A stretch of DNA of 64,000 nucleotides, from contig CBDBCA010000002.1 of the NCBI GenBank assembly GCA_965202835.1, positions 925,306-989,305 of the forward strand, given 5' to 3'. The position numbers and the translations under genes were made by a program. This document shows positions 18,804 through 27,805 of the stretch, one piece after another (the stretch's first letter is position 1; the number at the start of each line of letters is the position of its first letter). Origin of the DNA: Alphaproteobacteria bacterium (GTDB taxonomy: Bacteria > Pseudomonadota > Alphaproteobacteria > MPNO01). The notes under the pieces were generated by a model. The model had not been told where the DNA came from. It worked only from the letters and a program-made list of their open reading frames with translations, and made no database searches.

Positions 18804-19853
18804 ATGAAAAGGCTTCTGGCGACCGGCGCGGCGATGATGCTCACGGCGTCGGCCTACGCCCAAATGCCCACCCTCACCCATGAATATGCGCAGCCCGGCG
18901 GCGGCAGCGACGTTTCGGCCAAGAACCTGGCCGAGATAGCCGCGGCGGAGAAAATCGCGACGATTCAGATCCAGGGCGGCAAGACCCTGACGCGCTCGAT
19001 CCAGCAGGTCGCCGAGGGCAAGACGGACATCGCGGCGATGCCCATCGTCCTGCATTTCCTGATGTCGCGCGCGCTCGGCCCCTACAGCTCGCTCGGCCGC
19101 AAGAAGGGCGCGGAACTCGCCGGCAATCTGCGGGCCCTCTACCCGTATCACGGCATCGCCGGTTTCTTCCTGGTCGCCTATGCGAGCACCGGCATCGACA
19201 GCTGGGACAAGATCAAGGGCAAGACGGTCTTCAACGGCCCGCCACGCGGCGGCGCGCTCAACACGGCGCGCTCCGTCATCCGGCTTACGACCGGGCTGAA
19301 CGACGGCAAGGGCTATGCCGGCAAGCAAATCGCATGGGGCCAGGCGAACGCGATCTTCCTCGACCGCTCGGTCGAGGCCGCCGTGCGCCCCGGCACCAAC
19401 CCGGCGAGCTGGATGCCGATCCTCTCGGCCGCCGGCAAGATCAACATGGTTTCCGTGCCCAAGACCAAATGGGAAGGGAAGGCCTGGCAGAAATTCCTGA
19501 ACGCGCCGGGCAACGCGCCGAGCATCTTCCCGGTCAGCGAACTGGCTCATTACGGAGACAACGTCAACGTGATCTCCGAGGACGACATGTTCCGAACCGT
19601 GACCGCGCCGTTCAGCGACGCGGTCCACAAGAAGATGGACAAGCGCATCGCCAAGGCGCTGACGGCGGCGTTCATCAGGAGCGTTCCCAACCTTCACCGC
19701 AAGGTGCCGTTCGCCAAGGGTCAGCATTTCGGCGAGATCGACGACAGGAAAATGGCGCTTTGCAACGCCGGGACGAAACTGCATCCGGGCGCCGTCGAGG
19801 CCTGGGAAGAGGCCGGCTACAAAGTGGACGGCTGCATGAAGCCGGCGTCATAA
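18804..19853 (+). CDS. TRAP transporter solute receptor, TAXI family
   Basis: Signal peptide MKRLLATGAAMMLTASAYA. TAXI-type periplasmic binding-protein composition. Adjacent to a fused TRAP permease. Confidence 0.75.
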   Translation: MKRLLATGAAMMLTASAYAQMPTLTHEYAQPGGGSDVSAKNLAEIAAAEKIATIQIQGGKTLTRSIQQVAEGKTDIAAMPIVLHFLMSRALGPYSSLGRKKGAELAGNLRALYPYHGIAGFFLVAYASTGIDSWDKIKGKTVFNGPPRGGALNTARSVIRLTTGLNDGKGYAGKQIAWGQANAIFLDRSVEAAVRPGTNPASWMPILSAAGKINMVSVPKTKWEGKAWQKFLNAPGNAPSIFPVSELAHYGDNVNVISEDDMFRTVTAPFSDAVHKKMDKRIAKALTAAFIRSVPNLHRKVPFAKGQHFGEIDDRKMALCNAGTKLHPGAVEAWEEAGYKVDGCMKPAS

Positions 19854-19951
19854 GCCGGCACAGCTAGGCCGGTCGCGGACCGGAGCGCCGCGCCACGAGC
19901 GCTCCGGTCTTCTCTTCCGCCGCTGGCGTCGACCGGGACGGGGAAGCCCTG

Positions 19952-22375
19952 GTGTCGGAAACGCCCAACATTTCACCCGAGCCATCCGACGACGAAGGCG
20001 GGCAGCCCTCTCCCGCCGCCCTATCGGAGGCGCCGGTCGAGGCGAGAGACGACTGGATGGGTCGGCTCGCGCTGGCGCTTGCCTTCATCCTCGTGGTCAC
20101 GGGGATGGCCAACAACCTCCCCAACATCCCGGGGCTGCTGGAGACCGTCCGATCGATACCCGGACTCGAGGGGCTGCCGAGGCTGAGCAAGTACAGCTCG
20201 GAATTCTTCTTTCCGCTGATGTTCTCCCTGATGCTGGTCATCGCCCTGCTGGTCTCGTCGTTCGGGCGAAGCTGGCGGGACGGGCCGAAACCCCGGTTCG
20301 GGCTCGGCGTCCTTCTCGACGTCCTGATGCTCGCCGCGATCCTCGGGACGTCGCTGGTCTATCTGATCGAGCACGACCAGGTATGCCTCATCGATACGAT
20401 CAGCGGAGAGCGCGACCGGCTGCTCGCCGAGGCCAAGGCCCGGGCGGACGAATACATCGCCATTTTCGGCACGCCACCGGTCGAGGAATATCCCGAATGC
20501 CAGGCCATCCTGGGCAGCTGGATCCTTCCCTGGCTGCTCTTCGCGGTGACCGTCTTCTTCGTCTACGTCGTCCGGGTCTGGGGGCTTCCCATCGTCGCGG
20601 TGGCGATCGTCATCGCGCTCTACACCGTGCTTTCCGCCGCCGCATGGTATTTCGACTGGGCCGACCACCGCTATTTGACCACCTCGATCGGCACGGTCAC
20701 CGAAGGGGCGAAGAGCTATGCGGCGGGGGTGATCGGCGCGCGCAACGCCATCACCCTCGAATCCAACGGTCTCCTCGGCCAGTTCCTCAACATCACCGTC
20801 AACATCGTCTTCCCCTATGTGGTCCTGGGCGCGCTGTTCGGCGCTTCCGCCGGCGGCCGGTCGCTGATCAAGCTGGCCGTCGTCATCACGCGAAACCTGC
20901 GCGGCGGTCCCGCCCACGCGGCGATCGTGGGCTCGGCCACGTTCGGCACGATTTCGGGCGGCCCCGTCGTCAACGTGCTCGGCACCGGAACGCTCACCAT
21001 CCCGATGATGATGCGGACCGGCTTCGCGCCGACCTTCGCGGGCGGCGTCGAGGCCGCGGCGTCGAGCGGCGGCCAGTTCATGCCGCCGGTGATGGGCATC
21101 GCCGCGTTCGTGCTGTCGGCGCTGTCGACGGTGCCCTATTCCGACGTGATCATCGCGGCCTTTCTGCCCGCGCTCGCCTATTTCCTGAGCCTGTTCCTGG
21201 TGGTGGTCTTCGAAGCCCGCCGGTCGAACCTGCAAGTCGTCGGGCGACTGACCGAGGCGCAAAAGCTCACGCGCAAGGACTGGATCAACCTGCTCATGAT
21301 CGCGGGTCCGATATTGCTCATCCTGGTCCTGCTGCTGACCAAGAAGGACGCCGTCGGCACCGGGCCGGTGGGGTGGTTGCTCGGCTACACGCCGGAGAGC
21401 GGCGAGACTCTTCCCTGGATCCTCAAGGTGTTCCAGAACGCCGCCGGCGATCCCGACTCGGCCGGCTTCTGGGCCGTCATTCTGCTGCTGGCGCTGCTTT
21501 TCCTGGACGAGGAGGTCCGGAAGGCGCCGCGCAAGATCGTCTCCGCGCTGTCGAGCGCCGGGCTGATCATCGCCGAGCTGTTCCTGCTCCTGACCGCCGT
21601 TGCGGTGATCGATGTCTGCATCAATTTCACCAACTTCACCGGGATCATGACCATCGACATCCTGAACTGGCTGAAGACGGTCTCCGTCTTCACGTTGTTC
21701 GGGCAGGAGCTCACCATCGGCGGCCCGGTCTACCTCATGCTTGCGCTGGTGACCGCGATGATCGTCACGATCCTGCTCGGCATGGGGATGCCGACGCTGC
21801 CCGCTTACGTGAACGTGATCCTGATCATCGGTCCGCTGCTGGTGGCGCTCGGGACATCCTATTTCACGGCCCATATGTTCATCTTCTATTTCGCGGTGGC
21901 TTCCGCGATCACGCCCCCCGTGGCCATCGCCGCGTTCGCCGCATCCACCATTTCCAAGGCCGAACCGATGGCGACCGGGGTCCAGGCGGTGCGGGTGGGG
22001 ATCGTCATGTTCACGATCCCCTTCGTGTTCGCCTTCTATCCCGAGCTCCTGCTGATCGAGCAGGCCCAGCTGGCGCCGTCGATCGACGGCTCGCTCAGCG
22101 ACACGAAGACCTATCTGCCCGGCTATGACGGAACCGTCCAGCTGGAGGCGCTGGGCTGGCTGGTGCTGCGGCTCGTGGTTGCGCTCTACCTCGTGGCGAG
22201 CGCCCTCAGCCGTTTCGACGCCGCCCGCCTGTCGGTGTACGAGGTCGCCCTGCGACTCGTGCTGGCCTTTCTCCTGCTCTTGAAGGCACCGATCGTCGCC
22301 GGATCGGCGCTCGCGGTCACCGCGGCCTACCTGCTGCTGCACCACGTCGCGGCGAGACGACGCCGGACCGGATGA
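19952..22375 (+). CDS. TRAP transporter fused permease (TAXI-associated 4TM/12TM fusion), about 807 aa
   Basis: Many TM helices and typical fused DctQM-like architecture. GTG at 19952 follows a GGGGA Shine-Dalgarno; an alternative ATG lies at 20057. Confidence 0.75.
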   Translation: MSETPNISPEPSDDEGGQPSPAALSEAPVEARDDWMGRLALALAFILVVTGMANNLPNIPGLLETVRSIPGLEGLPRLSKYSSEFFFPLMFSLMLVIALLVSSFGRSWRDGPKPRFGLGVLLDVLMLAAILGTSLVYLIEHDQVCLIDTISGERDRLLAEAKARADEYIAIFGTPPVEEYPECQAILGSWILPWLLFAVTVFFVYVVRVWGLPIVAVAIVIALYTVLSAAAWYFDWADHRYLTTSIGTVTEGAKSYAAGVIGARNAITLESNGLLGQFLNITVNIVFPYVVLGALFGASAGGRSLIKLAVVITRNLRGGPAHAAIVGSATFGTISGGPVVNVLGTGTLTIPMMMRTGFAPTFAGGVEAAASSGGQFMPPVMGIAAFVLSALSTVPYSDVIIAAFLPALAYFLSLFLVVVFEARRSNLQVVGRLTEAQKLTRKDWINLLMIAGPILLILVLLLTKKDAVGTGPVGWLLGYTPESGETLPWILKVFQNAAGDPDSAGFWAVILLLALLFLDEEVRKAPRKIVSALSSAGLIIAELFLLLTAVAVIDVCINFTNFTGIMTIDILNWLKTVSVFTLFGQELTIGGPVYLMLALVTAMIVTILLGMGMPTLPAYVNVILIIGPLLVALGTSYFTAHMFIFYFAVASAITPPVAIAAFAASTISKAEPMATGVQAVRVGIVMFTIPFVFAFYPELLLIEQAQLAPSIDGSLSDTKTYLPGYDGTVQLEALGWLVLRLVVALYLVASALSRFDAARLSVYEVALRLVLAFLLLLKAPIVAGSALAVTAAYLLLHHVAARRRRTG

Positions 22376-22433
22376 CCGGGGCGGTCCGGACCGCTAGATT
22401 GCGGCCTTCCAAACGCACTCCCGGGAGACCCGG

Positions 22434-23297
22434 ATGACCGAAATACCGCGGCTCAACGGCGTCGTCGCGGCGCTGGAAGCCGGCCGGCCGACCTTCACGA
22501 CCTTCACGACCGCCGATATCCAGGCGGCGATCGCCCTGTCGGCGACGCGCTACGACGGCATCGTGTTCGAGATGGAGCACAACCCCTGGGACATCCGCGC
22601 GCTCCGCGATTCGCTCCAATACATGCTGGGCCGCGCGCAGATCGCCGCATCCGGTTCGGTCGCGCCGGCGGTGACGCCGATGGTGCGCATCCCGCCCAAT
22701 GGCGGCGAAATGGCGCAGTGGCACGCCAAGCAGGCGCTCGATCTGGGCGTCTACGGGGTGGTCTGGCCGCATGTGAGCTCGGTGGACCAGGCCTATAACG
22801 CGGTCGCCGCGTGCCGCTATCCGAGGCTGGACTCCGCGCCGCTTTACGAGCCGGCCGGCATACGCGGCGACGGGCCGCGCCATGCGGTTCGCTACTGGGG
22901 GCTGTCCCAGCAGGACTATTACAGGAAGGCGGATGTCTGGCCGCTCGCGACGGACGGCGAGATCTTCGTCATCCTGATGATCGAGGACACCGCGGGCATC
23001 GAGAGCCTCGCCGACATGCTGGACAACGTGCCGGGCATCGGCGCGGTGCTGATCGGCGAAGGAGATTTGAGCCAGGAGCTCGGATTCCCCCGGCAATACG
23101 ACCATCCCGAGGTCCGCGACGCGATGGCGAAGATCGTCGACACCTGCAAATCGCGCGACGTCGTCGTTGGCCATCCCCATGTCGATGCCGGGAACGTCGA
23201 ACGGGTGCTCGAAGAGGGCTACCGGTTCCTGATGGCGGCGCCCGCGACGAGCTACGCGGGGCTGGACAGGGGACTCGAGCTCAGCGGCCGGAGTTGA
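22434..23297 (+). CDS. HpcH/HpaI aldolase-family protein (2-keto-3-deoxy acid aldolase / citrate-lyase-beta-like)
   Basis: Family segments (VRIPPNGG, IMIEDTAGIESL, IGEGDLSQELG). Confidence 0.75.
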   Translation: MTEIPRLNGVVAALEAGRPTFTTFTTADIQAAIALSATRYDGIVFEMEHNPWDIRALRDSLQYMLGRAQIAASGSVAPAVTPMVRIPPNGGEMAQWHAKQALDLGVYGVVWPHVSSVDQAYNAVAACRYPRLDSAPLYEPAGIRGDGPRHAVRYWGLSQQDYYRKADVWPLATDGEIFVILMIEDTAGIESLADMLDNVPGIGAVLIGEGDLSQELGFPRQYDHPEVRDAMAKIVDTCKSRDVVVGHPHVDAGNVERVLEEGYRFLMAAPATSYAGLDRGLELSGRS

Positions 23298-24316
23298 AGG
23301 GGAAGATCGTGATCATCGATTGCCACGGGCACTACACCACCGCGCCTTCCGCCCTTCGGGAGTACCGCGCGGCCCAGGTCGAGGGGCTCAAGAAACCGGG
23401 TTACCAGCCGCTTCCCGCAGATCTCGGCATTTCCGACGACGAGATCCGCGAAAGCCTCGAGGGCGCGCAGCTCAAGCTGCAGCGGGAGCGAGGCACCGAC
23501 CTGACCGTCTTCTCTCCCCGGGCGGCGGGAATGGCCCATCAGGACGGCAACGAGCCGGCCAACAGATACTGGTCCGAGATCTGCAACGACATGATCCATC
23601 GGGCGGTGACGCTCTATCCCGACAACTTCGTGGGCGTCTGCCAGTTGCCTCAGGTGCCGGGAATCAAGCCCGACAACTGCATCCCCGAGCTCGTCCGTTG
23701 CGTTGAGGAGCTAGGCTTCATCGGCTGCAACCTGAACCCCGACCCGACCGGCGGCTACTGGACCGACCCGCCTCTGTTCGACCGCTGGTGGTATCCGCTC
23801 TACGAGAAGATGTGCGAGCTCGACGTGCCGGCGATGATCCACGTCTCGTCGTCCTGCAACCCGCATTTCCACTTCACCGGCGCGCATTACATCAACGGCG
23901 ACACGGCGGCCTTCATGCAGCTCCTGACCTCGGACCTGTTCGCCGACTTCCCGACACTCAAATTCATCATCCCGCATGGCGGCGGGGCGGCGCCGTTCCA
24001 CTGGGGGCGCTATCGCGGGCTCGCGCAGGACATGGGACGTCCGCCGCTCGACGAGCTGCTGCTCGACAACGTGTTCTTCGACACCTGCGTCTACCACCAG
24101 CCGGGGATCGACCTGCTGACCAAGGTGATCCCGGCGAAGAACATCCTGTTCGCATCGGAGATGGTCGGCGCGGTGCGCGGCATCGACCCGGAGACCGGCT
24201 TTCCGTTCGACGATACCAAGCGCTACATCGACGCGGCCGAAGGGCTCGGCGCGGCGGAGAAGAAGATGATCTTCGAGGACAACGTCCGGCACGTTTTTCC
24301 GCGGCTCAGGCACTGA
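23294..24316 (+). CDS. Amidohydrolase-2 family protein (ACMSD/LigW/LigJ-like metal-dependent decarboxylase/hydratase)
   Basis: N-terminal IIDCHGHY metal-binding motif and a C-terminal HGGG motif. TTG at 23294 overlaps the aldolase stop as TTGA; an alternative GTG lies at 23309. Confidence 0.7.
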   Translation: MKGKIVIIDCHGHYTTAPSALREYRAAQVEGLKKPGYQPLPADLGISDDEIRESLEGAQLKLQRERGTDLTVFSPRAAGMAHQDGNEPANRYWSEICNDMIHRAVTLYPDNFVGVCQLPQVPGIKPDNCIPELVRCVEELGFIGCNLNPDPTGGYWTDPPLFDRWWYPLYEKMCELDVPAMIHVSSSCNPHFHFTGAHYINGDTAAFMQLLTSDLFADFPTLKFIIPHGGGAAPFHWGRYRGLAQDMGRPPLDELLLDNVFFDTCVYHQPGIDLLTKVIPAKNILFASEMVGAVRGIDPETGFPFDDTKRYIDAAEGLGAAEKKMIFEDNVRHVFPRLRH

Positions 24317-24320
24317 GTCC

Positions 24321-24413
24321 GTGTTCTGGGGCGCCGCGCCCTTCGCGCTGACGATGCTGGTGCTGCTGCTGCTGGTGGTCGCGTTTCCGGAGCTTGCGAC
24401 CGCGCTGGTCTGA
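24321..24413 (+). other. 30-codon hydrophobic ORF resembling a TRAP DctM C-terminus (possible gene remnant or small membrane peptide)
   Basis: VFWGAAPFALTMLVLLLLVVAFPELATALV begins 5 nt after the amidohydrolase stop. It resembles the '...FPEL..L' ends of DctM permeases. Confidence 0.25.
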
Positions 24414-24419
24414 GAGCGG

Positions 24420-24992
24420 TCAGGCCGACGCCGCGGCCTCGAACTCGACGCAGATTTTCGCCGTCTCGCCGACGGGGATTGGCTCGTCGGTCAACGCGCA
24501 ATGGCAGGACTCCGTGTCCGCATTCTCGTTGACCGGGCAGAAATGGACGCAGTTCAGGCAGGGACCGAACTCGGGCATGCCCTTGGCCGTCTGCACCGCG
24601 CGGACCAGGCCTTCGAGGCCGTCCGCGAGCTGCGACTGGGATTCGCAGTCGAGCGCGTCCGCGGCCTTCAACACGAGACACAGCGGATCGTTCTCGATCA
24701 GCGCTTGACCCGATTCGGTGAGATCGATCGTCAACGCCCGGCGGTCCGCGTCGCATCTGAGCCGCCGCACATAACCCTTGGCCTCGAGCGCGATCAGCGT
24801 CTGGGAGACGGTCCCGCGCGTCGTGCCGAGATAGCGCGCGATGGCGCCGGGAGAGCGGGAGTAGCGATTGGCCCGGGCGATGAAGCGGAGCGCTTCCCAC
24901 TGGGCGGGGTTCAGGCCCGAGGCATATTGGAGCCCGTGGGCCATTCTTCCCAGCCGGTCGACGAGCTCGGCTATGCGGGCGCATTCCGACAT
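24420..24992 (-). CDS. MarR-family transcriptional regulator with C-terminal Cys/His-rich extension
   Basis: Winged helix-turn-helix (ARYLGTTRGTVSQTLIALEAKGYV) followed by a CLNCVHFCPVNENADTESCHC tail. Confidence 0.75.
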   Translation of the reverse strand: MSECARIAELVDRLGRMAHGLQYASGLNPAQWEALRFIARANRYSRSPGAIARYLGTTRGTVSQTLIALEAKGYVRRLRCDADRRALTIDLTESGQALIENDPLCLVLKAADALDCESQSQLADGLEGLVRAVQTAKGMPEFGPCLNCVHFCPVNENADTESCHCALTDEPIPVGETAKICVEFEAAASA

Positions 24993-25095
24993 CCCGACTT
25001 ACTTAGAACCCTGACCGCCGTTCGGCCACCCCGCGGGGAAGAAAATTTCTCTGGCCCGCTACCGGGCGGTATTTTGTTTCGACTCGATAATGTTG

Positions 25096-25124
25096 TTGAA
25101 TCACCAGGATCGATCGGCTATATT
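25096..25124 (+). promoter_or_regulatory. Sigma-70-like promoter (TTGAAT-17 nt-TATATT) upstream of rpoH
   Basis: Near-consensus -35 and -10 hexamers with a 17-nt spacer in a locally A/T-rich stretch, 60 nt upstream of the rpoH start. Confidence 0.4.
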
Positions 25125-25185
25125 AGCGACTCGATAGTATTTGCCATGACCGCCCGAGGGCGGAGTGGAGTACGGGAAACGGGCA

Positions 25186-26064
25186 ATGGCACAGGGATCG
25201 ACATCCTATCCCGACCGGGGCGACCGCCGTTACATCTCGACCGTGATGGACGCGCCGATTCTCGAGCGCGAATACGAGGCCGATCTCGCAAGGCGCTGGC
25301 GCGAACAGGGCGACGAGAGCGCGCTGGGCGAGTTGATCACCGCGCATATCCGCCTCGTGGTCCGGATCGCGTCCAAATTCCGCGGCTACGGCCTGCCGGT
25401 CGGCGACCTGATCCAGGAAGGCAATGTCGGGCTGCTGGAGGCGGCCAACCGCTTCGACGTCGAACGCCAGGTTCGTTTCTCGACCTATGCGACGTGGTGG
25501 ATCCTGGCGGCTATCCAGGAATACGTCGTTCGCAACACCTCCATCGTCCGGATCGGGACGACGCCGGCGCAGAAGAGCCTGTTCTTCAACCTCAGGCGGT
25601 TGCGCGCCCAACTCACGGACAATTCCCGCCCGACCATGTCGGACGAGGAGCGCGAACGGATCGCGCGCGAGCTCGGCGTGTCCACGGCCGCCGTCGAGCG
25701 GATGGAAGCGCATCTCTCCCATCCCGACCGGTCGCTGAACGCGAGCATCTCGGGCGATGACGGCGACGAGATGCAGGATTTCCTGGCCGACGACGGCCCG
25801 TCGCCGGAGGACATCGTTCGCGAACGGCACGACTTCGCCGCGCGGGCGGACTGGCTGCGCGAGGCGATGGAAGACCTGACGCCGCGGGAACAGCAGGTGA
25901 TTTCCCGCCGGTTCCTGGGCGAAGACAAGAGCACGCTCGCAGAGATCGGCGAGAGTTTCGGCGTCACCAAGGAACGCATCCGCCAGATAGAGGGCAAGGC
26001 GCTCGCCAAGCTGCGGACGATCCTCTCCGCGCGCAACGACATCCAGGACCTCACGCTCAACTGA
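25186..26064 (+). CDS. rpoH: RNA polymerase sigma-32 heat-shock factor RpoH
   Basis: Region 2 GDLIQEGNVGLLEAANRFD. Region 4 AEIGESFGVTKERIRQIEGKAL. RpoH box QKSLFFNLRRLR. Confidence 0.9.
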   Translation: MAQGSTSYPDRGDRRYISTVMDAPILEREYEADLARRWREQGDESALGELITAHIRLVVRIASKFRGYGLPVGDLIQEGNVGLLEAANRFDVERQVRFSTYATWWILAAIQEYVVRNTSIVRIGTTPAQKSLFFNLRRLRAQLTDNSRPTMSDEERERIARELGVSTAAVERMEAHLSHPDRSLNASISGDDGDEMQDFLADDGPSPEDIVRERHDFAARADWLREAMEDLTPREQQVISRRFLGEDKSTLAEIGESFGVTKERIRQIEGKALAKLRTILSARNDIQDLTLN

Positions 26065-26129
26065 CCGGCGGAGGACCGCGCACCGCCCTTGCTGGAGCGT
26101 TGTTGATCCGCGCGCCCGTGGGGGCATAG

Positions 26130-27158
<1,029 letters not shown>

Positions 27159-27345
27159 GTCGGACGGACCGGCTGGCATTGCAGTCGCCGTACCGGACCC
27201 CACTTATTCTCGTGGCAGCGTGAACGCAAAGAATACAAACGAAGAAATTCATGAGACTTAGTGTCGTATTTCCGAAGCTCATTGGCATACAGCAGGGCCG
27301 GTGCGCGGTCCCTCCGGCCACGCCTTTCCCACAATTCGTCATGCC

Positions 27346-27694
27346 CGGACTTGTTCCACTGCTGTCCGGTTTAGCTTCGGGACGGGACGGGCGCCGATGG
27401 GCGAGAGCATCTTCGCTCTCCTCCTGTCACCCCGGACTTGTTCCGGGGTCCAGGCCTGCCCCGGACACCGTTCCGGGGGAAGCCGGGCGAGAGCGGTGCC
27501 TGACAGTCTGGACCCCGGAACAAGTCCGGGGTGACAGCGAGGGCAAGAAGGGGAAGGCGCGGGCGCGCTGCAATCCGTGTCCCGATCCGGTCGATGCGTC
27601 GGAAACCACCCCAAACCACCCCGTACCAACGCCTAGCACCCGGTCCAGCCCATCCAGACCGGACAGCAGTGGACTTGTTCCGGGGTGACAGCGG
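27346..27694. repeat. Cluster of small REP-type hairpins (CCCCGGA-CTTGT-TCCGGGG units) in the 650-nt hemB-acylase intergenic region
   Basis: Unit at 27426-27454 and its exact reverse complement at 27508-27537 (29-nt match). Variants occur at 27346-27370 and 27671-27693; the last carries the opposite loop. The spurious Pro/Gly-rich ORF 27251..27688 is a by-product of these units. Confidence 0.7.
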
Positions 27695-27805
27695 GGCAAG
27701 TGGCAGGGGTGCACGCGCCGCCGGATCGGCCGGAAAGGAGAGAAGCGATTGCCAGGCGGGCATGCTCTCGCCTTCGACGTCCAAGTTGCCTGCAACGGGT
27801 GAGAA

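Noticed and set aside
20021-22345. The 774-aa and 581-aa ORFs overlapping the TAXI fused permease
   Set aside because: They are the antisense and alternative frames of a clear polytopic membrane protein, with highly charged Arg/Asp/Gly-rich translations.
27251-27688. The Pro/Gly-rich 145-aa ORF, and the large antisense ORF 27371..30172
   Set aside because: The first is generated by the CCGGACTTGTTCCGGGG hairpin units (repeated PGLVPG). The second is antisense to the penicillin acylase gene.
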